Part shown: positions 35,701 to 47,700 of the stretch, piece by piece
Layout of the letters: every line of letters begins with the position of its first letter
Position numbering within the stretch: position 1 is the first letter of the stretch
Source of the DNA: Antechinus flavipes
Lineage: Eukaryota
Reading direction: 5' to 3'
DNA: 64,000 bases
Assembly: GCF_016432865.1 (NCBI RefSeq)
Contig: NC_067400.1
Span: 63,550,001-63,614,000 of the forward strand
Made by a program: the position numbers and the translations under genes
The notes under the pieces: model-generated
Told to the model about the DNA's origin: nothing
What the model saw: only the letters and a program-made list of their open reading frames with translations
The model's database searches: none

Positions 35701-38700
35701 CAGTCTTGGAACCATCCTTAAACTTTCTCTTTGGCTCATATTCCTAGCCAGGAGTTTGTGTGCAAATCCAAGCTAACACTTTCTCAAACTTCCCTATTTC
35801 ACAGGGGCTTCAAACCAGTCTAAGTTCTTAGTTTCCCTCTTCCACCCTTTCCCATACCTGTGGGAGGACGTACCATGGGGTCAGTACTCCGAACTCCAGG
35901 TCTCCATCCACAGTCAAGTATGTTTGTGACAATGTTAGTGGGTGTTCATGAAAGAATATAACAAAATCTAACTCGAAGTCTCCATATGATGATGGTACAC
36001 AGCTCAAAGGTTTTATTCTTCCCCACTGCAGAGCCCCCCGTGAAGATCATCTTCCCTCAGGACACTGTGTCCGTGGCTGCCGAGAGCTCAGAACGGGTGG
36101 TTTTGAGATGCGAGTTATCCCGGGCTGGAGTCCCCGTGCACTGGTACAAGGACGGAGTGGTGGCGAAGGAGAGCGAAAACCTTGTACTGAAGAACGAGGG
36201 CCCCACTGCCATCTGATCCTGCCTGCAGCCCAGCCCCAGGATGGGGGCAAGTTTGTGTGCAAGGCAGGCGATGACCTGGCTGTCTTCAATGTCACCGTCA
36301 CAGGTGGGCATGATAGCGCCACGGAGACTGCCCAGCTGGCGCTGTTTCCCAGCTGTGGATTGGGGTCTTCTGGGCAGAGAAGTGCTCACTAGTACAAGGG
36401 AGGGTCTTTGGGACACCAGAGGTAAGAAAAGTAGCGAAAGAGAGGAGCTCCGCTCTTCTTGGGCAAGCAGACTGTACTGATGGGCTCATTTGTCCTGTAA
36501 TGGACTATCTCTGATGAGCAGGATGTGCGGTGAGAGGGAATGGGAATGAGGTTCCAGGTAAATGGTCAGGATACAGTTGTACCATGTCATGATTAATTGA
36601 AAAAACTGTGGGTGTTAAATTTGAAAAGGAGACATGGGGAAGCATGATAGCTCATAGGCTCTCAAGAATTGGGTGGCTTCGGTGCTCATCTAGACAAGTC
36701 CATAGCTGTACCAGCCTTTGCCTAGAGATCTCAAGCAAGGGGGAGCCCACTACCTTCTAAAGGAGAACGTTCCCTCCTCGGACAATTCTGTTAGATGACC
36801 AAAACTTGTCTCTCCACAACCTGCACCCGTTGCTCTAAATTCCATCATCTGGTTCCATGCAGAAAAATTCTAATTCTCCTTCACATGACAATCCTTCAAA
36901 CACTGGAAGATAGTTCTCATGTTCTCCCCTAGCCTTCTGCTCTCTAGCAGAAACATTTCTCATTTCTTCTGCCCATGATCCTAATAGTGTTCATGATTCT
37001 GAGTTCAAGTATTACAAACACACACACACACCCCCCAAAAAATCCAGACTTTCCTGACTTTTGAGTCAGCCAATAGTGAAATGGGCTGCTGCAGGAGCTA
37101 GTGGGTCTTAATCTTTGGCCCTCTGCAAGAAAAGAGCAGGCAACTACCCAGAATAGCTGGAGGGGGTGGGGGGCTGTTCTGTTAGATGAACAAAACCAGG
37201 TCAGTCTCCCTTCATGTCTTTATTATGGGGAATAGAGATGTTCATAACTATTCATGCACAAGGATTTTTATTAAGCATTTAGTATGTGCTAAGTACTATG
37301 CTGTGCTCTGGGGAATTAAAAAAAAAGGGCAAACAAACAAAAAAAAAATAGATTCCCTGTTCTCATTCTAAGGATAAGCTTCCCTTCTAAAGAGGACAGT
37401 ATGTAAACAGCTCTGTACATACAAGGTATTTAGTATCTGTAAATGGGAGGGCATTTCAAAGGAAAGAATTTGGAGGAGGAGGGAGGCTCTGAATGAGAGA
37501 AAGGCCTCATCCGTATGGAAGGTGGGATTCCAGCTGAGGAGGGTGAGCGTTCACCCACCCATTCCAGACGTGGCAGCCAGCCAGCAAAAAGGCTCAGAAC
37601 AGCTTTCTTTTTCGGCCTTGGTTTGACGTTTATGCTGATTCAGATCACGCAATATATTGAGCTGATAGTCCCCTAAAACCCCTGAATCTCTTTCACATAA
37701 GCCCAGTTGTAAAACATTTACTTGCACACCCCCGTGTTGCTGCTTTATAAACATTGCTTGAGCTCAGCAGGACTACGAGAAAAGCCCCAGGAAACTGAGT
37801 CATCCCCAGACTGGAGGCCTGGTGACTGGAAACTAGTAATGATGATGATGATAACTGACATTGATCACCTTAAGGTTTGTAAACTGCTCAATCCTATTTG
37901 AATTTTACAACGTCCCCTGATTATGACTGCGTGTTTCCCACTTCAGAGCCCCCGGTACGGATCACGCAACCCCAAGATGAGGTGTTCCTGACTGCTGTGA
38001 CCTCAGAGAGAGTGGTCCTGACATGTCAAGTGTCCCGGGCCGGAGCCTTGGTGGGCTGGTACAAGAACGGGATGGAAGTGGAAGAGAGCAAAGATTTGGT
38101 GCTGGAGAGTGAGGGCCTCCAACACCGCCTCATACTGCCTTGTGTGAGGCTCCAGGATGGGGGCGAGTTTGTTTGCAGCACCAGGGATGACTCTGCCTTC
38201 TTCACTGTGACTGTAACAGGTCAGGCGGCCCAGCAGGGCTAGGTTCTGGGCAGCAGAATAAGGGGAATTCAAGCAAAATGGGTGCCGAGACTAGCTCCTT
38301 AGCCATGGAGGTAAATTACATTTGATAGCTTTACTCTGACGGCAGGAGGATTGCTGAGGCTGCCCTGTGTGGGAAATCAGATACCCTGTGTGGGAAAGTT
38401 TGTATTGGGGGTATCAGAATTTGGTAGCTACTCCATCACTCTGAATTGGGGGGCCTAGGAGTGCAGTCTGAGGGGTTCAGTTCTCAAGCATCTCAGTCAT
38501 AGAAGGGTGAGAAGGGACTGCACAAAATATCTGTGTCTAGGAGTCAGTGATCTGGATGGCAATCTGGAGACTCTTGGCAAATCCAGGAGAGTCAACAAGC
38601 TGAATATCTACATATTAGCAATCTCCAAAACCAACCTAGCCTTCTTTTTACCAAGAAGAAATTCCTTATTGAGTTTCCCCCTATTCAGAGTCCAGTTTTC

Positions 38701-41700
38701 AGAGATATTCCTAAAAGGCATAACTCTCCATTTTGAGGGAAGGGTCAGATCAGCCATCCTTCATTCCTCTGCTTTTCTGTTCTCTTAAATGCTTTCTTTC
38801 CCCATCAGACATAATCTTGTTAAAAACAGGGAACATCTTATAGGTTTATAACTGTGCAAAAAAATAAGGGCTTAATAAACCCTTGTTGACTTCTTGTTAA
38901 CTTCACTCCCTAACAAACTCCAAATGGGCTGACTCAGGAAATAATAAGTTCCTGCTAAATGACCATTTTTAGGTGTGTTGTGAAGGCGGTTCAGGTATGG
39001 TTGGAATAGATTGCATCTTTGGATCCTTCTAGTTTAGAGATTCTATATTTCTTCCTGGGTGTAGACTGTCATTCATATTGTCCCAAGCATCATCTCTGAC
39101 ATACGCATCACAAAGTTTTTGAGCAAAGGATGTCCTAGATGGATCCCTGTTCAACAGTTCCCCCAAGAGTTTGTTCTGTTCCCAAAGTGCATGTGATGTC
39201 AATGTCCGTGATTCTGAGTGGCTGTATCTCCCCCATTGCAGACCCTCCGGTGAGAATTATATCCCCCCAGGACACTGTGTCCATAGCCGCCCTCAGCTCA
39301 GAGCCAGTGGTCCTGAAATGTGAGCTGTCCCAGGCCGGAGTCCCTGTACGCTGGTATAAAGATGGGCTGGAGGTGGAGGAGAGTAAGACTTTGGTCCTGG
39401 AGAGTGAGGGGCACCATCAACGCTTAGTACTGCCTGCAGCTCAGCCCCAGGATGGAGGAGAGTTTGTGTGCAAGGCTGGAGAAGACTCGGCCTTCTTCAA
39501 CGTCACCATCACAGGTCAGGGAGCAGACACGACTGCACCTAGAGAATGGAAGAAGCTCCATCCACCTAGGGATTTCTGCTTCTCCCACTCTGGAACCGGG
39601 AGAACGGTTCCTTAGGGGCAAAGAGCACTTAGCACTTGGGCTGGCAGAGAACATGATCTCCATCTAGACCAGTCCCCTTCCTCTCACCCTCATTTTACAT
39701 ATGAGGAACTAAATCAGAGTTTACGTAGCTCAAGGTCACATAGGTAGGAAAGGGAAGGGCCAGACTTCAGACTCAGGTTTTATGTAAGATTTCCAGATCC
39801 TACATTTTCCCCACTAAACACAGTACCTCATAAGCCCTTTCATGGCACTCGGGGGGATCAGGGGATCAGACCGGCCTATGTGTGAGGAGCAGAAGGTAAG
39901 CATGAGTGTAGCCAGGGAGACTGGTTAAAGCTTTTGGGGGAAGTAAGAGAGTGGGGAGGATTAAGGAAGCTGGTTACTCTTGCAAGATCAGCTGGAGAAA
40001 CTGGGAGTACTGAATTTGGATAGCTCACAGGATATCAAAAATTGATTGGTCTCAATGACTATCTGGTCCAACCCATAGCTATATCAGAGCCCCCCACATA
40101 CACAAGAATCAGCCTCTGATTGGTGGGTGGGGTACAAACAGAAGCCCTCCCTCCTAAGAAGGAAGGCTTTAGGACCATGTAAATACATGAAAGGGGTTGG
40201 CCCCCATCACAACTATTCTTAGGTCTTGAGATAATTCTTGTGGTTGGCTTTCTTGGGACAATACTGTCATTTTTGGGTCCCAGGGGACAGTCATTGTCTC
40301 TGGTCTTGGGGGTTATGATTACTCTGTGGGGTACAGAACCGGAGTTTGGTGATGGGAGCAGAAGTGTGGTACCTGGCAGTTACAAGGAAGGGAGATTGTG
40401 AACATGTGATGGATGGCCCTGGGAAATAGTGGGAGCTAAATCCCTCAGTGAACACCTGGTGCTGATCCAAACAATACACTTTGCCAGAAGGTGAAATCAT
40501 GCGGGACACAAAGGATCATTGTTATATGGAGCTCCAGGCACAGGGAGCTTGCTGTTCCATCACTCTGAGAAACAGTTATCTTCAAAATATTTTGACACTT
40601 TCAAGTCTTCAAAGAAAAACTTGACCACCATTAAACTATGGAATGGGTTGATTTTGGAGGTGTGAATTGCAAGAATAGGAGGAGAGATCTGACCCTCACT
40701 CAGGGGATATGGCTGTCTGTTGGGATATGGCAGCAGGGATTACGTGACTTCCATGATTTCTAAGCCCCTGCCATCCTGAAATTCTTTGATTCTGGGACTG
40801 TTTCCAGGGTTTGTAAGACTGGTTCTCTGAAGCTTTATATCTAGCTATGACTGTATTTCTCCCCTCTTCAGAGCCTCCAGTGAGAATCCTGTTCCCCCAA
40901 GACGAGGTGTCTGTGGCCGCTGTGAGTTCAGAGCGAGTGGTCCTCATGTGTGAGCTTTCCCGGGCCGGAGCCCCTGTGCGCTGGTACAAGGATGGGCTGG
41001 AGGTAGAGGAGACTGAGGACCTGGTCCTGGAGAGTGAGGGGTCCCACCACCGCCTGGTCCTGCCTGCAGCCCAGCCCCAGGATGGAGGCGAGTTTGTGTG
41101 TGATGCAGGGGATGACTCGGCCTTCTTTGTCGTCACTGTCACAGGTTAGGGGGGTTGGTAGGGAGGGAGGGAGGCAACTGCAAGTTTCCATGGGACTTTC
41201 CCTTCTGTTATCCCCGGGGTAGAGAGCTGCCTTGACCATCTCCTGTAAAGAAGTTGCCCAGATGAGAAGAGAAGCAGCTCTTGAAGCTAAGCCCGAGATA
41301 ACCTTCTGTGAGATGATCCTTCCTAAGAAAATGGCTTCTAGAGCATTTCAGAGTCAGGGAGAGTTGAAGGAAAAGATCTGTAGGTCAGAGCCTACATAAG
41401 TCACCCTGTCCCTCCTTTTACCTCTTGCCTAAAGAGGCCAGACCCAGCTCACTAGGCAAGGAAAGGGTCCCCAACCACTCAAACCTTCCCAGACATCCAG
41501 TCCCAATCCCACCCTCACCTGCTGCTTATTTCTCTCCCATTTTCTCTCTTCAACACCTGCTTCCTCAATAAAATACTTCATTTTCCTTTTCCACTCAATA
41601 TTCCACTTTGACTGACTGGAACCCCCACAGCCAACGAGGTGCTGCCCCATCTCTTCCCCTTAGCCCACATAGAAATAGAATTTGGTTTCTCCAAAGTGGC

Positions 41701-44700
41701 TAGCACTTAAGGGAAAGAGATAAAAATGCAACCAACTTGGGAAGAATACCATTGGCTTTAACTCGGCATCTCCTGGATGCAGGGCCACCCAGCCACATCC
41801 GAGGCAGGAGTCACACTCTGAGCTTCCTAACTCCAGAACTACATCCAACAGGTTTCCAAAGGATCCTAACAGGGACCTCCCCAGGCTTTCAGCGAGGGAG
41901 TGAGCGAGGAAGAGAGTGAGAGAGGGAGGGAGTGAGGGAGAGAACGAGGGAGAGAGCAAGAGAGGAAGGGAGCGAGGGAGGGAGCAAGGGAGAGGATGAG
42001 GGAGAGAGCAAGAGAGGGAGGGAGCATGAGAGGGAGTGAGGGAGAGAGTGAGGGAGAGAGCGAGGGAGAGAGCAAGAGAGGGAGGGAGCGAGGAAGAGAG
42101 CGAGCGAGGGAGAGAGCGAGAGAGGGAGGGAGTGAGGGAGAGAGCAAGCGAGGGAGGGAGTGAGGAAGAGAGCGAGCAAGGGAGAGAGCANNNNNNNNNN
42201 NNNNNNNNNNNNNNNNNNNNNNNNNNNNNNNNNNNNNNNNNNNNNNNNNNNNNNNNNNNNNNNNNNNNNNNNNNNNNNNNNNNNNNNNNNNNNNNNNNNN
42301 NNNNNNNNNNNNNNNNNNNNNNNNNNNNNNNNNNNNNNAGCGAGGGAGGGAGAGAAAGAGGGAGGGAGGAAAGGGATGGACAGAGGGAGAGGGAGGGAGA
42401 GGAAGAAAGGGAGAAGGGGAGAGGGAGAGAGGGGGAGGAGCTAGGAAGGGGGGGAGAAAGGAAGAGAGAGATGGAGGGAGGAAGAGAGATGGAGGAAGGG
42501 AGGGAGAGAGGGAGATGGAAGGAGAGAGCAAGGAAGGTAGCGCGCAAGGGAGGGAGCAGGAGCGCTCAGGGGAGAGAGGAAGGGAGGGAGCAAGGGAGGG
42601 AGCTCTCCCTCTGTCCATCCCTCCCTTCCTCCCTCTTTCTCTCCCTCCCTTGTTCTCTCCCTTGTTAAACATTTAGCAGAACATCACTTCAAGTAGTTCC
42701 CATTTGACAGAGAGAGAAACTGAGGCCCAAGAAATGTCAGTCTCCTATTCAAGGTCACATAGCTAAAGTAGCAGAGTCAAAGCTTATATTTAGGTGTCTG
42801 GGGGCCAGTGTCTGGTGGGAGTTGAGGGGGGAAGCCTGAAGCTCCCTATACCCCCACCTCCTCATCCCCTCTCTCTCACCAGTGCCCCCGGAAAGGATAG
42901 TGCGCCCGGCAGCCCGCTTCCTCCAGCTGCACTTCAGGTCCCCGGGGCGAGTGGAGCTTCGCTGTGAGGTGGCCCCCGTGGGGGCCCGCGTGTGTTGGTA
43001 CAAGGATGGGCTCGAGGTGGAGGGATCAGAAGATTTGAAACTGGGGGCCGAGGGGCCGGTCCGGACCCTGACCCTGCCCCACGCCAAGCCCCAGGACGCT
43101 GGAGAGTACGTCTGTGAGACCCGGGATGAAGCCGTCACCTTTGACGTCCGCTTAGCGGGTCAGCGCTCTGCTCAGGAAGGGGAGAGAGGGAGAAATGGGG
43201 GGGGGGGGGCAGACCGCCAATGTTTTCCTCACTCGGAGCTCCCCCAACAGAGTCGCCAGTGCAATTCCTCCTCCCCGAGGGGACGCCCTCTCCGCTGTCC
43301 GTGTCCCCAGGGGAGCACTTGGTCCTAAGCTGCGAGCTGTCCCGGGCCAGCGCCCCGGTGTTCTGGAGCCTGAATGGGAGTCCGGTCCTGGAGGACGGGA
43401 ACCTGGAGCTTCGGTCCGAGGGGCCCCGGCGCCTGCTGCTCATCCAGGCCGCCCAACCCTCTCATGCCGGGAACTACACGTGCCGGGCTGGGTCCGACCC
43501 TGCAGCCCCCACCCTCACTTTCCCTGTCCAGGTGACTGGTGAGTTGGGGGAGCGGGGGAAGCCGAGGGAGGGGGAGCAGAGGCCCCTAGGGGTGGGCACC
43601 CTCAGTCCCCGGAGCAGGGGGCCAGGTCGTCCCCCCCATAATACACACACGTACACGCCTCGGTGCACGCCACCACCTGTGCTCCTACCCTCTCTGCGCC
43701 CCCTTTCCCCGCCTTCCCCGTGACACCGCGGGCTCTGGCCCTACAGAGCCTCCTGTGAGAGTGTTGACGCCCGAGGCGTCCCGGACTGGGGTTCGATGCG
43801 CCCCGGGCAGAGACCTGGAGCTGGCAGTGTGTCTTTCGGGGCCTGGGGGGGCCGTACGCTGGTACAAAGACGGGGAGCGGCTGGCCAGCCGGGGGCGGGT
43901 GCGGCTGGAGGAGGCCGGGGCACGGCGGGTGCTTCGGGTGCGGGGGGCACGGAGCGGGGATGCCGGCGAGTACCTCTGTGATGCCCCCCAGGACAGTCGA
44001 ATCTTCCTCGTCAATGTGGAAGGTAATGAGTCTTCCCTATAGGATCCTCCACAGTGCTCTCTGAACTCCCCACCCCTATCCCACTGGCTCTAATAATCCC
44101 CGAGTATCCCATTCTTCCCTTCAGCTTTCCTTTCCTTCCTTCCTCCCTTCTGATCCTAACCTCCTTTCCCCCAAACTTCCCATCTGCAGCTCTTTTTTTT
44201 TTTTTTTTTTAAGAACAGGAAGAGTTATCACAAAAATTTACTAGGAAGCAATTTATACTTTTTCTTTTCCTTTTTTTTTTTTTTTAAAACAAAGATCACC
44301 CAATACAAAAAGAGAAGAAATGGGGGTCAGAGGTGGGGAGAGTTGCAAAAACTTGAGATTAGACTGCCTAGATTTGGGGGGAAGAACAAAGAGTCTGGGA
44401 GGAGGGTGGGAGTAGAGAGAGAAGGGAGATCATAAAATGGGAAGTGATGAACAAGAATCTTGAGAAGAAATGGGGACCAGAGTTGGGGAGGTGGGGAGAG
44501 CTGCAAGAATTTGAGATTAGACTGCCTGGGGGCAGGGGAGAAGAGAGGATCTGAGAGGAGGGTGGGAGTAGAGAGAGAAGGGATTGGTTTGATGTGGAGA
44601 TGGATGGAGAACAGAGAGACTGAAGGGAGTGGAAGGGAGTTGGGCCTTGGCCCAACAGACAGTGTTCCCCTTCTCCCTGCAGAACCCCCCCAGGTGAAGC

Positions 44701-47700
44701 TAGTGTCAGAACTGACTCCACTGACCATCCAAGAGGGTGATGATGCTACATTCCGCTGTGAGGTTTCCCCACCAGATGCTGAGCTCACCTGGCTGCTAAA
44801 TGGGACCTCAATTACCCCTGACAGCCGGGTAGAAATAAACCAGAATGGGCCCAACCACATCCTGACCCTGCGCTGCTGCCAGATCAGTGACTCCGGCATG
44901 GTGACAGCCCAGACCAAGGATGTGGAGAGCACGGCCCGGCTCCACGTCAGAGGTAATAGGCAAAAGCTCCCCACGGCTTCCCTACTATCTCACGACTCTC
45001 CTTTACTTTCCAACACTTTTGCCCCAACTCTGACCTAGAATCATAAACGGGCTCATCTTACAGCTAAGGAAACAGAACATTCAGAACATGGTGGAGCCCA
45101 GACTGGGGACTAGGACTCCGCACTCCATGATGAGTGTTCTTTCAAGCAGAGTATATTTCGAGGGTTAAGTTTGGAAGGAAATACTACTACATAAAGAAGC
45201 TCCTTGTCTGCTTCCTCTCTCTGCTCCCGTCTTCATCCCTTCCCAGTTATCCCTCTATCTTAGGGATTCTTTACCCTTCCTCTTCTTCAGAGGCTGAGCT
45301 ACTCTTTTTGCGGAGGCTCCAGGACGTTCGAACTGAAGAGGGCCAGGAGCTGTGTATGGAGGTGGAGACCAGCCGAGTTGGTGGGAAAGGAGTCGTGAGC
45401 TGGTTTCGAGGCGGGCAGCCTCTTCCTGAAGACGATAGGTTCTCTGTGGTCCAGGATGGCCGAGTGCATCGTCTGATCATCCGCAAAGTCATGGTGAGTG
45501 ACCAAGGCATCTACAGCTGCAAGAGCCACCATGACCGTACCCAGGCTCGGCTGCTTGTGAGGCGTGAGTACCCCTTAAAAACTTTCAATGCCCAGCTCCT
45601 AATACCTCCTTAAAAGCTCACCCCTTTCTGGCCTAGCTCTGGAAGAGTACATTATCCTTCTCTAGGGTACTTCTTCAGGAGAGCTGATAGACAGAATGCC
45701 CTTCTCCGGGAATCCCTCCATTTTCTCTGAGGCTTAATAAGTAGATTATTACCCATAAGCCCTGACATCTTCCTCAGGGTGAATTTTAAGTTTGATCCCT
45801 GTTCCCAAACATTTTTCTCCAGGCCTATGCATCTCATTCCCATTCTAGTTCGTCCTACAATAAGCAAAGCCCCAGTAGCCCACACAAATCCTTTTTTTGA
45901 AGCTTGAATGTCCCTCCCTCTGTTCTCCAGACCAAGTCAGGGTAGGAGACAGAAGGTTGTAGCAATGAGGATGCCTACCAGTGCCTCTGCCAAGCAAAGT
46001 ATGCCCTGGCACCTCCCTGCCCATAACAAGAAGGAAGAGTTCGGGAATTCCACAGCAGTGTTTGTGATCTCATGTTTTGTATCCAGAGCTAAAATGATTC
46101 CTTGTGGGCCAGGCCATGGAACCGAGGGCGTTGTGGGAGGCAGGGAGGCTGTCCCCAAACGCACACAGCTGGGAACCCCGACTCTGCTCATGTATTGGCT
46201 CTTCCTTCCAACAGCTGAGCAGCTGAAGGTGCGCCACGGCCTTGAGGATGTGGTGGTCACTGAAGGGGGAAGGGCCACTTTCCAACTGGAGCTGTCCCAG
46301 TCTGGGGTGTCTGGAGAGTGGGCCCGGGGAGGGGTGCGGCTGGAGCCTGGTCGCAACTGCCAGATCAGTGCCCAGGGCCACCACCACTCCCTGGTGCTCA
46401 GCGGTCTCGGCCTGGCCGATACTGGAACCGTGTCCTTCACCACCGACACGCTGCGCTGTGCAGCCCGGCTAGAAGTGAAAGGTCCGTCTCCTCTGGGAGT
46501 TAGCTCACCCAGACCTCTGCCCCTCTCTCTCCCTCTTCCCTGCGGTCACTCATGTCCACCACCCCCAGCCGCTCCTGACCACTGCCTCAACACCCTACTG
46601 CCCTCTAGTGACCGTCCCACACCGACAGCCTCCCTCATTTCTTAGGGATCACTTGCTTCCTTCTGACCGTCTCCCCCTCTCTTGTCCACCCTTAGAGATA
46701 CCCTTAGCTATCGTGAAGGGGCTCCAGGACCTAGAAGTAATGGAAGGTGACTCAGCCACATTTGAGTGTGAGCTGTCCAGGACCCAAGCCGACCTCACAT
46801 GGGATAAGGTCAGCTCCCAAACCAGTATGTTTCCGGCCCCCCCACCTAGCCCTTCCCCACCCCAGCTGAGTGCGGTTAGTGGAAGGACCTTGGACTTGTT
46901 GTCAGCTCTTTATACGTCTTTACATGTTTATGAGTGTATTGTGTAACATGTTTATGTGCTCTTTCTGTGTTCAGAAATGTATGTACAAACGCATGTTTAT
47001 ATGCCTTTATATGATTATAGCTTATGTGCCCATGAGTTCATATGCCATTTGTATGTTTCTAAATGTATTGTGTATGTTGCATGTAGTCGGTATGCCTTTA
47101 TGAGATGATGACTGTGTGTTTATATGCCTTTATGTGTTTAAGTGTATGTGTGTACATTTATGTGCCTTTCATACGATTATAAATGTACATGTGTGTTTGT
47201 ATATATTCGTTTAATAGCTGTACAGCTCTGGGAAGTCCCTTCCTTCCCCTGGCCTTCATGTTCTTCGACTGTAAAATGAGGGGGCTGGACTGTAGATGAT
47301 CTGCAAAGCCCCCTCCCTGCTGTCATAAATCCCGTGCCCTTGGCAGGACCAGTGTGGGGGAGGGGGCGGCGTGAGGGGGTAGAAAAGGAAGAGGAAGGCG
47401 AGGTATCAGGAAAGGAGCGTTTCAGGACCACGAGTGAGCTGCATTGCCCCAAATACCTACATTCACTGCCCTGAAATCTAGGTAATCGGGGCATGCGGTC
47501 TTAGGAAGGGAAGGAAGTCTTTAGGGTCGCCCATAGCCAGCGTACGAGAGCTGGAGTGAAGGGGAGGGGGAGTTGCGGGATCTCCGAGCGCAGGCAGGCA
47601 GCCAACCCGGCTGGTGGGGCGGATTTACAGACTGATGCTGTGGGTGGGAAGGTGAGATCTATTTTAGCGCGGAGGAGTTGGAGTTGCCAGGACCACCTAC

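Noticed and set aside
38689-38714. Possible alternative terminal OBSL1 exon (CTATTCAG|AG TCC AGT TTT CAG AGA TAT TCC TAA)
   Set aside because: Only a faint resemblance to a remembered human short-isoform tail; too short to support.
41660-42672. Long Ser/Leu/Pro and Arg/Glu ORFs
   Set aside because: Translations of the GA microsatellite spanning an N-gap.
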